The notes below the pieces were generated by a model, which was not told the origin of the DNA, did not search any database, and worked only from the letters and a program-made list of their open reading frames with translations. Source: Amoebidium appalachense (Eukaryota; Protista; Ichthyosporea). Taken from it: a DNA stretch of 64,000 nucleotides. The first letter of the stretch is position 1; every line of letters starts with the position of its first letter. The translations under genes were made by a program, and so were the position numbers. Shown one piece after another: positions 29,688 through 49,706 of this stretch. The stretch covers positions 1,433,538-1,497,537 of the forward strand of contig CAVNZM010000016.1 of NCBI GenBank assembly GCA_963693365.1, given 5' to 3'.

Positions 29688-30430
29688 TGTTGTTTTGTAC
29701 GGGTCTAAGGGAGCAGAGTGCACAGAGGTGTCATGTAAAAACACGACTAACACATTAATGAGAGGGCAATCGGAGTTGTTCACGAGACATTGAAAATTCA
29801 AACAACAACTGAATCTTTATTGTGCTCTCGGTTCCTTTTGTACTTGCGACTTATCACCTTATCACAACTAAAGAGGGAGAACCAATCGGTTCTATCAGAA
29901 GATAGAAAAACACATTCCGACAGAGCATACGCATTCCAACTTCCGATTAAACTAAAGTTAGAAACTCTTACTTAAATAAATTAAGTAATTATACATCTAG
30001 TCACTATTAACTCACATATATATTTATGTTCGTCTCTATAAAGAAACTTATTTAAATACATATATTTCCTAACAGTCGACACTCTCAAAGTGAAGACACT
30101 TTGCAATAAACCGAATTCCATATATATCTATTGTCCAATCACAACACACATATATTAACAGAAGGAATGCACAACACAATCTACAGATGTACTCGCTCGC
30201 GACTATTGGCGAGCCATCCTTTTGAGAACAAACTAGGCCATTTTGAAATAAAGGAAAGACAACGAGTGAGGCTAGCCAATCACGCTACCTCTCAGATAAA
30301 CAGAGGAGAGCAAATAGAAATAAAACACAATAAGTTCTTATCAGGCAAGAGAGCCAGGTGTGCACAGATCTACAGATATCTGTGCCCACAGAAACAAGGG
30401 AGAGAGAGATACGGGGGGGGGGGGGGGGGG

Positions 30431-30512
<82 letters not shown>

Positions 30513-30608
30513 GAGCACAAAGGAGGAAAGCAGACACGAATACAAACAAGCTAGGACACATACATACTTCAAGGCTCTTGCTGTCATACATGGTGACGTA
30601 TTCCAACA
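29688..30608 (-). repeat. Copia 5' LTR (921 bp)
   Basis: TG...CA ends; contains a poly-G + (GA)n tract. Confidence 0.92.
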
Positions 30609-30712
30609 TACACCCACCCACCCACCCACCCACACCACACGTACACGCTCGCCACACACGTAACACACACCCACCGTGACTGACTGACACACACACACAT
30701 ATGTATACACGT

Positions 30713-30750
<38 letters not shown>

Positions 30751-31466
30751 TCATCTTCCCTGATTCTCAGCAAATAAAATTATTTTATATTTTTTATTAT
30801 TTTTTATTTTTTCCTTTTCCTTTTTTCTTTTTCCGTGTAAATAACGACGAGCGAACGACTGTCGTTTTTATAAATATGTCATCCAATCAGATCTCGTTTA
30901 TTTTCCCAAATATAGTAACTTACATTCCTTTCCCATCCCAAAGATTTGTATTTCTCCAACTATTAGGAATAATTATATTTAGACGTGTTATGTTAAGAAA
31001 GTATAAATATAGTGAATAATAGTTACATAATGATTTAAATGTTTCCGTGTTTATAGAAGTTTCTAAGAGAGATTTATATTCTATGGAATTTACACTATAG
31101 TTTTGTCACGAAAATGAGTTTTTTTTTGATTGTTTATCTCCCCAAGAAAAAGGACTTCATCTGGAAAATATCAAGCAGTCGTATTCATTTCCTATGTTCA
31201 GAAATCGTCCACCCTCCGGTTGTGTTTTCCGTGTTCTCTGTGTTGTGTATACATAACACCCTCTGTGCCTCTGCTTCTCCGTTTACCCACACAAAACAAC
31301 AGGTTTACGGCCCCTTTGCACGCTAACACACAATCCATTACCACCGCGAAATTCCTCCGTCTTACTGCTTCAATCATGACGAAACCGCGACATCAACCTT
31401 CCAATATGGAACGCCGAGAAAAGAGAAGAAACGTCTATATGAGTGTGTTGTTTTTGTGGGTAAGGA

Positions 31467-31733
31467 GCATCCCGAGGATAGTTTAGACTGGCAGTCACCA
31501 GCACGCAGAAATATTATACATGGGACGCCATCCCAGTGAAAAAAGGAAATAAAAGAAAACAATATATATGATGGTATATAAATAAACGACGGATGGTGGA
31601 GAAGAAGTCCCCACTGAAGGTGCACACACTAAGATCGATGAAGACAGCAGTAGACTTTCGTTGGAAGGTGTCCACACGGTGATGTGTAGACCACGGCCAG
31701 GGCCCCAACCTACTTGAAGACCACTGTAGATGA

Positions 31734-31770
<37 letters not shown>

Positions 31771-34303
31771 CTCAGTCACGAAGACTGAGTGAGCACGGTG
31801 TTGCTCTTGGGAGGGCCCGGGCAGGGGCTTGGTGAAGATGTCGGCCACGTTGTCTTTGGTGGACACGTAGGTGACGACCACATCCCCACTCTTGATGTAT
31901 TCCTTCGTGTTGTGGTACCGGACAGCAATGTGTTTGGTCCGGTGCTTGATGCTGTTGGTGTGCAGAAGGGCAATGGTGGACTGGTTGTCACAGTAGACGG
32001 GGGTGGGGTCGGTCATCGGGTAGCCGAGTTCACGGAGGAGATCACGGTGCCAGATGACGTTTTGAACAGCAGCATTGATGGCCAGAAGCTCAGCCTCGGT
32101 GGTGGATGTTGCCGTGATGGACTGCAGCTTCGAATACCATGTGATGGGGATGCCCTTGAAGAAGATGACATATCCGGTGGTTGAACGACGGGTGTTGGGG
32201 CAGTTGGCAAAGTCGGCATCAGAATAACATTCCAGCAAGGGGGTGTTGTCGTCGGATGCAGACTTGTCGTAGTGAAGGCCGAGGTTGGAAGTGCCGATGA
32301 GGTACCGAACTACACGGAGTAGACATTCACATGCAAGTTTGGTGGGGTGGGCACTGAATCTACCGAGGTAGCCGATGGCAAAGGAGATGTCGGGCCGGGA
32401 ACAACGAGCAACCCACAAAAGACGGCCGAGTAGTTCACGGTAGGGAACCTTGATGGTTGGTGAGTCGTTCTCGTTGATGGTGATGACGGTGCCGACGGGA
32501 AAGGGGTGGCCTTGGGGTGGGCATCGTTGAGGTTGAAGTCTCTGACGATGTCGTTGATGTATGACTGTTGAAGCAGCTTGAGGTGACCGGGGGTGTGGAT
32601 GAGCTGGGTGCCGAGGAAGATGTCGGGGAGGTCAACCTTGCAGAGAGCTGACTTCATGATGTGGTCTACTAGATCCTTGGTGTGGGAAGAGTTGGCCGTG
32701 CAGATGATGATGACGTCGTCCACATAGTTGCCAGTGAGGATGATGTCACCGTTGGGGAAGGTCTTGATGTAGACACATGGATCTGAACGGAGACGTTCGA
32801 GACCGTGAGCAAGGAGGACCTTGTCGAAGTACTCATACCAGGCCAGTGATGCTTGCTTGAGGCCGTAGAGTGCCTTCTTGAGTTTCCAGACCTTGTGCTC
32901 GTTGCCGGGGGTGATGAAGCCAGGTGGTGGCTCAATGTAGATGTCTTCTTGAAGAGGACTGTTGAGGAAGGCAGTTGAGACGTCGAGTTGATGAATCTCA
33001 TGGTTGCCGTCCACACCGATGGCAAGGAGGGCACGGACGGAGGAGGACATCACCACGGGGGAAGAGGTGTCACCGTAGTCAACACCGTAGACTTGAGTGA
33101 AGCCCTTTGCAACACCACGAGCCTTGATCTTGGTGTCACCGGCTGAGTTGAGGACTTTCTCAGTCACAATCCACTTGAACTTGATGATGTTGGCATCAGG
33201 TGGGGGATCAACGACGGTGAAGACATCCTTGGTGATGAAGGCTTGGTACTCGGAGGTGAGGGCAGCTATGACGGCATCACCGTTGGGACTGTTGCAAAGC
33301 TTTTGAATGCCCTTGGGGAGTTGGTCAATGTTGATGGTCGGTGCTGTGATGCTGACCAGTGCCGTTGGAGGCTTGGTGAGACGTGCAGACCGACGAAGGT
33401 TCGGCTTGGGGGGGTCCTTGAGGGGGGTGGAGGCCGGGGAAGTGTTGTAGACCGGGACGGGGGCATGGAAGCCAGGAATAGGACCGGTGGTGAGGGGGGC
33501 ATCGGTGTCCACAGGGCTGCTCGAGGCCAAGTGGAAGGTGGGGGACCCAGGACGAACCGGAGTCATGTAGCCGGGTTGATGCACAGCAACGGGGGGGGCC
33601 GGCAGCAAGGGTTGTTGGCCAGTGGGGGGGGGGCTCGGGGGAGGCACGGGTTCAACCGGGGCTGGTTGGTTGTGCCAGGACGGTTGGGAGATGACCACAG
33701 ACGGAGTTTCATCGTCGTCGTCGGAGGGGGGGTCGAATATCGGCAGATCGGGTTTGGGGGGATCGGGGACCTGATTGGTGCTGCTCGTGAATTTTGACTC
33801 GTCGAAGATCACATCACCGCAGATCTTGACTTGGTTGCTGGCAGGGTCGAGGATCTTGTGTGCCTTGGAGGGCAGATCCCAGCCGACGTAGGTGCCGACT
33901 CTGACGGTTGATGCTAGCTTGTTCCTCTTTGACCGGGGAACATGCACATAGGCAGGGGAGCCGAACACGTGGAGCTGGGAGACGTCTGGTTTGAAGCCGT
34001 GGAAGGCCTCGAAGGGTGTGTTGCCGTTGGCAGCAGATGACGGTGTGACGTTGATGATGTAACCAGCATGTTTGAGAGCAGCAACCCATAACTTGGGAGA
34101 GAGAGGTTGGTCCTTGTCGGCATGGAGGAAGCAACGGACTGTCTCTTGCAGTTCTCTCATCTTCCGTTCAACAACACCGTTGTGCTGTGGTGTGTCGACG
34201 GGGGCAAACTCCATGATGATGCCTTTCTGCTTGCAGTAGGCCTCGGTGTCCCTGGAGGTGAACTCAGAGCCGGAGTCAAACCGAAGATGGGTGACGATCT
34301 CAG
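31467..34303 (-). mobile_element. Second, related Copia family: truncated IN-RT-RH fragment plus 3' UTR, no LTRs
   Basis: IVTHLRFDSGSEF, NGVVERK, YGLKQA, YVDD, YSDADFAN, DNVADIFTKPL; frameshift near 32500; 5' break at a poly-C tract. Confidence 0.93.
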
Positions 34304-34593
34304 TCCCCCCCCCCCCCCCCCAAAAAAAAAATAAAAATAAAAATAAAAAAAAACCAAAAAAAAAAACCAAAACTTCCCCCCATAAAGAGGACCCACGGGA
34401 CAGGGGGGAAAACGGGAAGGAGGGGGGGGGGGGGGGGGGGGGGAGGGGGAGGGGGCACACGGACACGCACACAAACACACACACACACATATTGTGATAC
34501 ACACACGTGAACACACACACTGCACCACGGTGACCAACGAACACAAAATCCAAAACAAAGACATATGTACACATGTTCACACAGCCCCCCCCC

Positions 34594-34626
<33 letters not shown>

Positions 34627-34827
34627 ACCCACATTCCAGGGGGGGAAGGGGGGAGGGGTGGCCACACACACACCTTGCACCGTGACCCGGCCGCAGACAC
34701 ACACACACACACACACACACACGTTGTGATACACTGTGCCGTGCACACACACACACACACACACGGCACACGCAGTGACAAACGAACACAAAAACCAAAT
34801 TTACACACTGATATACGCACACATTTT

Positions 34828-34858
<31 letters not shown>

Positions 34859-35954
34859 CTCTCTCTCTCCCCCCCCCCCTTCTCTCTCTCTCTCTCTCTC
34901 TCTCTACCCCCCTCCCCCCCCCCTCCCCCCTTCTCCCCTCACCCCCCTCTCTCTCTCTAGGCTCACACACATGTACACGCACCCACAAACACACCACACC
35001 GGCAAGCGGGCACATGTATTGATAAATCGCGTATACGTACACGCACGTGCACACATGCATGTGCATACATGACACACAATGTCAACGCCGGAAAACACAC
35101 ACATGTTAATGACCGTAACACAAACACACAAACACACACACACACACACACACACGTACGTACACACACACACGCACACCGCGTGCGCGCCCGCGCGCGC
35201 ACACACACGCACACACACGCTGACACACACACGGCACACACACACACACACATACTGATAATTCGCACAGATCTATTCGGACACTTTTGTCCTAATTAAC
35301 CTATTTTTAGACGATCGCGCTATTTCTAGCGCAGTTGCATAGTAACCAGGCCTCAAAAAGATGAAAAACGTGAAATTCACGTCATTTCGACATAGTAACA
35401 TATATAACATGTAGGGTCTCCGACGCCATCTCTTGGGCGCATTTGGTCATCGAAGTTGGCGACCTTCTAAGAAAACACGTGGTTTTTCCGCTAAATTTTA
35501 ATTTAAACTAAAATAACTTTCGGTGTGTGTTTCTGGAGCGGCTAAGACCACGATGTGCTGCTGCTAACGCATGCAAAAAACCCGACCACCTAATCTTAAT
35601 TCTGAGGCAACCTACCTAAGGTCCAACTTAGGGCACTTTTATCGAGAAAACCTTAGCCACACTGTCCCTGTTACCACCCGTTCTACTTCTAAGACAATGT
35701 TTACGACTTTTCTTCAATTTTCTGGCTAGTTAATGAGGAAAGTAAGTACAAAAGGTTTTAAACGTGGTTCTTCTTTACACTTGTTGCTACTAGTACCAGT
35801 TCCTTCTATTATAGAAAGACAAAATAAAGGAAGCTTATGCCCCACGAAAGGTATGCTCGAGATCACAAACCCAAAGCAGTCTGCAAAGTCTGCAACTTTA
35901 CGTTTCCCCCCCCCCCCCCCCCCCCCCCCCCCCCACCTCCTCTCTCTCTCACAC

Positions 35955-36515
35955 CTACTGCTCCTGCTCTTTGGTTCTGCGGTGGCGTACAGGCACCCCC
36001 TTTTCCAGGTGCTGCTCGTAGCAGTTGCGATCTGAATTTTTGTAGCACAATGCCACACCGCACCTGCTGCACATCCAGCTCACCCTGCTGCGCTTGTATC
36101 CCTTTTGATCCGTGCGCGCGCACATAACACAGTCGAGCCGCTTGCCGGAACCGATAAGCACCGGGTGACAGAGGTTGCTTCGTTTGGCGGTTGTGGTGTT
36201 TGTTGACAGCGATTTTAGTATGCGCGCGCTTTGTTTGCCGGCTTGCAGAAGTGGGTTGTTGAAAAGTTCACCCGCAAGTTTTTCGCGCCACTGCTCGTTT
36301 GAAAGTGCATTCTTGTCCCCGTCTGCAATGAGATGCTTGTAGGCCAGGTAGGTGTTTACAAACACCATACCAACTAACCCAGCAAAGGTGCGGTGCCAGG
36401 GTGTGTGGGGGACCCATGCCTGCTCGAGTGAACTGTTCCCTTGCCGGAGTTTGTTGTGTACGTCTGCACTGTTGAAATATGTGAAGAATTCGCGCACTGC
36501 TTTTGGCATGGGCAC
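35955..36515 (-). pseudogene. piggyBac-family transposase C-terminal fragment with Cys-rich domain
   Basis: PKAVREFFTYFNSADVHNKLRQ (third catalytic D region), WHRTFAGLVGMVFVNTYLAY, and CVMC...CSRCGVALC...CYEQH. Confidence 0.85.
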
Positions 36516-36699
36516 TTGTGTTCCGTTTTTTGTGATACGGGGAGCTCCTGCTTCCGTACTTTGCCGTCGTTACTACACGCATGCTGAAATCCTTATCCTG
36601 CCAACGTATGGGGGGGATGGGAGAGGGAGAGGGCGAGCCCCCGCCCCCCTTCCCCCCCCCTCCCCCCTCCCCTCAATACAAAGAATATATATGCCTTCG

Positions 36700-36941
36700 C
36701 ACATCCCACAACTAGCCGAATCTCGCTCCGTGGTACTTCTTCTACTTTCCCGTCGTAGTCTATGTGTACCAACCATTTATTGTTCTTTAATACTTGCAGC
36801 AGTTGTGCCTGTGAGCTGTTTCGTTTCCCATTCTTCACCAAACTGCTCTTTACTCCAACGTTCATCATCGTTCCTGACTTTACCATCAAAGATGCGTGGA
36901 AAAACCCAAACTCTCGGGTCTGTCTTTAAACGCCTAACCAT
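36700..36941 (-). pseudogene. Frameshifted N-terminus of the same transposase
   Basis: ATG 36941: MVRRLKTDPRVWVFPRIFDG...WSKEQFGEEWETKQLTGT, then in a shifted frame QVLKNNKWLVHIDYDGKVEEVPRSEIRLV. Confidence 0.5.
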
Positions 36942-38267
36942 TTTCTTTTCTTTTCACCTATTTCTACTCTAATTCTACCTTGTTCTTTTTGTTTTCTAGC
37001 GCGCAAACAATCGGGCGGTGTCTTTTAGTTCGGAAACCAAACGGTGTCCGTGATCGGACAGTCGGACACCCCAAAACTGGGGGAAAACGGGTTGCACCCA
37101 TGATCTTTTGCGCGCCAAAAGCTACTCACCCTGCAGTCCTATTGGTTTCCTATAAAGACAAAAAAGGCAGGAAAATACTAGACCTCATTGGCCATACCCA
37201 GCTTGTGGGGTGTTTTCTAGCGAAAACAACGCTAGCGACGCCGCCGAAAAAGATAGGACACTTTTGTCCTTTTTAGCCATTAATTAGGACAGATTTGTCC
37301 GGTTATGCGGATTATCAATTGATACACACACGCACACACAGTATCTGTGGTAATGATACGTGCCATGGTGTCTTGTTTTTATTTATTTTTGTTTCATGAT
37401 TTCATGAAGTGCCACCAGTCACGACATGAAGTCAGCAGGTGGATATCGGTGAGGCTCGAGAAGGGATGACCCTGGCCCGCACACAAGATCGAACTAAGAC
37501 ATCCTTGAAGGCAACCTATCAAAACACGTATGTTAGAGTGTTGCAAAATGCATGTAGCTGTCCGGCTGTTTTCATGGGAATGATCTATGTACGACTAGAA
37601 AATGTCCTTGTTCTATTGTAACATACGAGTGTGTTTTTATGAGAGCTTAATCATTGATATTGTTTCTAGGTCAGTTGTTTTGTGAGCGAGAGCTAGTAGC
37701 TCGTAAACGGTAGCTCACACACTCAGTCTGAGAGAGCCTCCGGACACCGAATGGGGGATGGCGAAACGTAATCTTTTACCCCTTTCCGGATTTGCCGGAG
37801 AGCCAATGGCTATCGGCTATCGTTAAGGGGCTGTACAGAGCTGGCACTGGAAGTAAGAGAATGACTTCAAGCAAACAAGCACTCGAATCAACAATATCAT
37901 CTTGTTTTATGACTACCAATGCTGCTTGAGAAATCTTTTCTTTACGCAGGTGTGCAACGTCTTTGCGACTACTGAACCCGGCATCAGAAAACAGTACATA
38001 AAGTTGATAAGAAGAGGATAATCGTATTTCAGGACCATTTCATGCCCTGTAGTCTTTTAATCGATCATGGTTCGAAGTTTCAATAATGACCTCCTCTACA
38101 GTACGTGTGGCACAAGGAAACATGTAAACATACACAAGTTTGCTAATGAAAAGGTCATTCACTACTGCATATCACTTCAAGCCTCATGGTTGTATGCTTT
38201 TGATGATAGTTCTCCATAGATCAGGATGGCTATGCTTGGAATTCCTGATCCACGCATATCATCTCCC

Positions 38268-38275
38268 TATATAAG
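38268..38275 (+). promoter_or_regulatory. TATA box upstream of the bZIP gene
   Basis: TATATAAG about 170 bp before ATG 38447. Confidence 0.4.
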
Positions 38276-38446
38276 CAATGGTTACGTAATATCTTGGCCA
38301 GTCCGCCTGACTCAAGCGAGACCCTCAAACACAACAAGTCCGTCTCATTCTGATTCTGTTTCTTTGGGCAGCGATATTAAAACCGTTAAAAAAAGGTCGA
38401 GGGAAAGGGCAAAAACAATAGGATTTCCGCACGCTCACACGGTGCC

Positions 38447-44727
<6,281 letters not shown>

Positions 44728-45729
44728 TTCGATTAAGTGATTGGCTAGAAATCACACAGTCGAGAAGTGATTGGATCAAGATATTGGCTGTGCGGCGCGG
44801 AACTTCACTGAGCTTGAGTGACTCAGCGAAAGGCAAAAATGCCCCTGCTGATGAAAATCATTGTATTTAAATAGCTCAAAATGCTATAACTGTAAGGGTG
44901 CATATTTTGCTTCACATTCCATCGTGTCCATAGGCAGTCCTTAATAAAGGGGTGTTAACTTTAATTATACATACTGGTTTAATTCATGACATTTTCTTAA
45001 TTTCAACTTCTTTTTGTGGCTCGGGGTTTCGGGATTGATATTCGAAGGTTACTAGTAACGATATATATTGCCTTATTGCCTTGGCAATATGCACAGGCAG
45101 AAATCATTACAGTTCGCAACTCTTTTTAAAGGCACGACCATAAGAAACAAAAAGAAGTACGGCTCTTGAAAAGGGCCGTCGTTTGATCATGATGACTGAC
45201 TGCCAGCCACCATATATGTGGGCCCTCGCTATGGGTTTACTAATTCTCGATTGTCATACTGACTTTCAAGAGAGTGACGGGGTGAGCTGTAGAAAATATG
45301 AACGAGAATGCACATGGAACGCACGGTGCAGGCACCACTGTTGTCAGTGATAAACATTGCTCATCGACCTTGTTGTTGTGATCATTGAGGGGAGTCAACT
45401 CAGGTATAACATCAGCCCGTTCACATGCGGCAAAGCAAATGATACAGTAGTGAAAATGGCATTCTTCTTGTTCGGACTTTGAAATATGATATATATCACT
45501 GAGAGCCTAACTGAATTTCAAAATTTTGATAAAGTCACGAAGGTCCAACCCCCCCCCCAGCCCCACCCCCCACCCCCATCCCCCATGGTCCCCTCTGCAT
45601 TTCTCCCCCCGGCTCTTTTCAAGAACAATTGTATAAAGAGACACGAAGAATCGAGCCTAGAGGGTGGAGGGGTGGAGGAGGTGGGGGGGGGCGGGGGAAC
45701 AGAGAGCGAGAGAGAGAGAGGGGGGGGGG

Positions 45730-45773
<44 letters not shown>

Positions 45774-46551
45774 GAGAGAGAGAGGGGGGGGGGGGGGGAG
45801 GGGAGAAGAGGGAGAGAGGGGGTGGGGGAGGGAGACGGGTCGAGGGGGTTGGGAACCGGAGAAGGGAGAAGGGGGGGGGGGGGGGGGGGGGGGGGAGGTA
45901 GAAAGAGAGGGGGGGGAGATATCTAGAGTGAGAGGGGGGGATCCGGAGAAGGAGGGAGTGAGAGAGAGGGGGGGGGGGAGGGGAGAGAAAGAGAGAGGGA
46001 GAGAGAGGGAGAGAGAGGGGAGGAAGGAAGGGAGAGAGAGCTAGGCAGGCAGTTATGGATATAACATATTCACAATGTACATAAGCTACGTATCTAGAGG
46101 CCTAATATGGCACCCTGAAACCATCATGATCCCTGATTGAGTCAGTTATCTATCCTTTCCTCCTCCCCCCCCCCCCCCGCCCCCCTCCCCCCTCTCCCCT
46201 CCCCCCCTCCCCCCCCCCCCCCCCCCCCCCCCCCCTTTCCCCCCCGGGCCCAGTGAACTCGTGGCACGCGTGTGTGCGTGCGCAGCGCAGTGTGTGTGCG
46301 GCCCAGAGTGTGAGTTTATAAATGGTTGTGCAGCACCGCCATCGATATCGTTGCGGAGGTGGTGGTGGTTGAGAAGAATGGTGATTGGCTGCCGGGTAAC
46401 ATGCATCATCATCGGAGCTCGAGTGCACTTGCATGTTGGTGCACATGTATACGTGTGCTCAGCCTGGTGCTTGTATGCATCGATCATCAGTGCACTACTA
46501 TGTATACCGTACGGTAGCGCTTCAAGTTGTGAAAGGGGGGCGGGGAGGTTG

Positions 46552-46581
46552 TGGGGGGGGGGGGGGGGGGGGGGGGAGGAA

Positions 46582-46679
<98 letters not shown>

Positions 46680-46680
46680 G
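46552..46680. repeat. Very long poly-G tract
   Basis: About 125 bp of almost pure G. Confidence 0.9.
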
Positions 46681-47662
46681 ATGGACATCCGGGTACAGCT
46701 GTGATCCGGCGGTTCATCGCATCATACGAATCCGACATGGGCATGCTGCGTGTAGGTGCGCATCAGCACTTGAAAGGCGTATGTCCGCTGTTGGCAGCGT
46801 ATGAACATCAGAGAAAGAGAAAAATTACTACTTATTATAATCTCTACTCACGCGCATACTGTGGGGAGTAATAGTATAAAACAGGGCATTTATGCTCATA
46901 TATTTATGCTTAGCTGCATCACCTGCTATGTTGGTGCATGCATGTTGCCGTCAACACCGGATGGGTATCCCCTTATCCCGTGTGAGTCGCATACCTGACC
47001 CGATTCACCGAACGGTGTGGTGCATTCTAATCCAATCACAACGGCTACCATTTGTTGATTACCGCTTATGGTAGGTAAAATGCGGCAAGAAACGTTTGTG
47101 TTGAGCGGTGATGATTGGATGTATCCATTGAGAACTTTGGACCGAATGGAGACGGTGGGTGGCCAATTCTGTTCTAAAAAAGCGAATATATTCGGTACAG
47201 ATGGGCCTTTTATCGGCTATATTGACAAAAAAAATCGAATTTCGTGATTTGTTATGTTACTTTTATAGCAGTTCAAAGTGGTTATATAGAAAAGAGAGCT
47301 TGTCACCGCTGAACGTCATTTTGTAACTCCGCAGCATGCGCATGCTGCAGCAGATGTAAACAAATACCACGGAAGGTTTTACGTATTTTCATTTGCTACA
47401 TATCATGCATCTGTAGGCAGATCTACTTTGGAGCATCATCAATCCCTTGTAGCACCGTCAGGCTGCTGCACCAGCCGTAACTTCATGTGAGGCAGCGAAA
47501 CAACACTTCATTCCGCCCCAAAGTAACACCAAAACGTACGAACACACGAGTAAAAGCAGAGTGAATTATAGGCAATACTGGTTGATAATCTTTTTTATTC
47601 TCAAACTATTATCACTCTTGTTTTGAGCGAGCTCGCGCGAGGCGGGACAGAAATTTCCCAAA

Positions 47663-48349
47663 ATGGCCGACGATTGCGACATGGAGAAGATGCGTTTTGT
47701 GGTTGTAGGCCCGGGTGGTACAGGCAAGTCAGCCATAACTCTTTCCTTCGTACGAAACCAGTTTTTGGAAGAGTATGACCCTACCATAGAAGACTCTTAC
47801 GCTAAGGAGTTTGAAGTCGATGAGAACGAGCTGCATCTAGACATCACAGACACGGCCGGTCAGGAGGAATTCCGTGGGCTGTGGGGGGACAAGCACATCA
47901 CAGCAGGAGATGGATTTCTCGTTGTGTTTTCCGTTGTGGATGACTCCTCCCTCGCTGACCTCGAGCAGTTTGTAACACAAATTCACCGGGTGAAGGACTC
48001 GAAGCGGGTCCCAATGGTGATTTGCGCCAACAAGGTCGATCTTGTAAACGATCGTGAGGTGACGAAGGAAGAAGGTGAGGCTGCCGCTAAGAATGCAAAC
48101 GCCATCTACATGGAAACATCGGCACGAACGCGTTTCAACGTTGAAGAAGCGTTTTACGAGCTTGTTCGGGAGGTACGGAGGGACAGAAAACGTAAGGCGG
48201 AGGCAGCAAAGGCTGCACCTGCGGCGTCTGCCCATCCGGGGGCACCGGCATCTCCAAAGGCAACTGAAAGCGATCATAGTGCGACTGGATCCCCCAAAAC
48301 GGAAAAGAAGAAGAAGGGTCTTCTAGGTTTGTTCTCCAAGTTTAAGTAA
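47663..48349 (+). CDS. Ras-family small GTPase, intronless
   Basis: G1 GPGGTGKS, effector YDPTIEDSY, G3 DTAGQEEF, G4 NKVD, G5 ETSA; polybasic C-terminus KKKKGLLGLFSKFK. Confidence 0.96.
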   Translation: MADDCDMEKMRFVVVGPGGTGKSAITLSFVRNQFLEEYDPTIEDSYAKEFEVDENELHLDITDTAGQEEFRGLWGDKHITAGDGFLVVFSVVDDSSLADLEQFVTQIHRVKDSKRVPMVICANKVDLVNDREVTKEEGEAAAKNANAIYMETSARTRFNVEEAFYELVREVRRDRKRKAEAAKAAPAASAHPGAPASPKATESDHSATGSPKTEKKKKGLLGLFSKFK

Positions 48350-49269
48350 GAACTAAATGTGGAGGGTTGTGCAGACCTTGATCATTGGCTCGTCGTTTTT
48401 GGAATCGGAGGCTCTTCCTCCATCTCCTTATTTACGTACCGTTTTCACACTTTTGCGAACGGTTACTGAAAATTTAGCAAGTTTGGATGTGCCTAGAGGT
48501 GGTTGCCTGTGTAGGCTTTTGCTTAGCCCTTTAGCCTTAATTCTTTAAAATAAGTAGCCACGCCTGTGGAAGCGCTATATCTTCTGAAAGATGTCTGGTT
48601 AAATAGCATATATAGTGTAAGCACTATTTCACGGGTGTGGGACTGGCTCCTTGTATTTCTTCATAACTACATAAAGATTATTTGAGAAGCCCCCCCCCAC
48701 CCCCCCCCCCCACCCCACCCCCCCCCCTCCTCCCTCCCTTCTCCTTCACCACTAAATGCCCCCCATTCCACACCCTTCCCTCTTTTCTACCATCATCTGG
48801 TGGCATATGCATCGTAGCAGAAACAAGCTTAAGATTTCCAGGTACACATTAAGGTGACGGGAAATGTTAAGCAAAATGGAATCTGAAAGGCAGAATGAAG
48901 GACAGTCAGGGTGCATTGTAAAGTTAGCAGTGTGTGAAAGTGTGTGTGTGTGTTGGGGGGGGGGGGGGGGGGGGGGGGGGGAGAAGGGAAAAGTTCGAGG
49001 GAGCGGAGCTCATCCGTTGGGGAGGGGAGACCTAACCCCTAGCAAGCTTACATGTGGCATTCCAATAATCGATCGTACTGCATAAGTGGAGGAGGGCTGG
49101 GGGGATTCATAGCCAACCACATCCCCCATCCCCCTTCCGTCGCCGGCATGTGGCCGAAATATCCTTCCCTTATGGTTGATGAGGTCCTATTTATTAAACT
49201 TGAGACATCATGAGAGTCCTCTCCCCCCTCCCCCCCTCCCCCCCCCCCCCCCGCCTCCTTCTCTCTCCC

Positions 49270-49361
<92 letters not shown>

Positions 49362-49671
49362 CTCACCCGCCACTCGCTTATGCACAGCTCACTCACTCAC
49401 CCACTCACCCACTCACACATCACTAAGTTCTAGGCTTGTTACTCGATAAAAATCCGAAATGCTCCTTTATATCTGCACACGACCACTCTGGCACAACACC
49501 AAGCACCAAACGCCCAAGCTTAAATGCAGCTCTTAGACTAATATCCTAACTTCACAAGGTCCCCACTAGTTGACCCTGCCGGGATCCAAGGTGGTTAAGG
49601 CCAGTAAAAGAGTTGTGTTCAAGCCAAGGCATCCTAAATCGTGCTATTTAGGAGGCCTTGGTTCAAGCCCT

Positions 49672-49706
<35 letters not shown>

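Larger units (their letters stand above)
23891..30608 (-). mobile_element. Full-length Ty1/Copia LTR retrotransposon (inactive)
   Basis: LTRs TGTTG...CCAACA at 23891-24422 and 29688-30608; 5-bp TSD TACAC at 23886-23890 and 30609-30613; PBS-like GGTTAAAGGCCCA next to the 5' LTR; PPT GAGTGGGGA next to the 3' LTR. Confidence 0.97.
35256..37317 (-). mobile_element. Internally deleted piggyBac-like DNA transposon
   Basis: Imperfect TIRs TGATAAT(T/C)CGCA...GGACA-n4-TGTCCTAATTAA at 35256-35299 and 37280-37317; sits in (CA)n; carries a transposase C-terminus. Exact ends are uncertain by a few bp. Confidence 0.75.
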
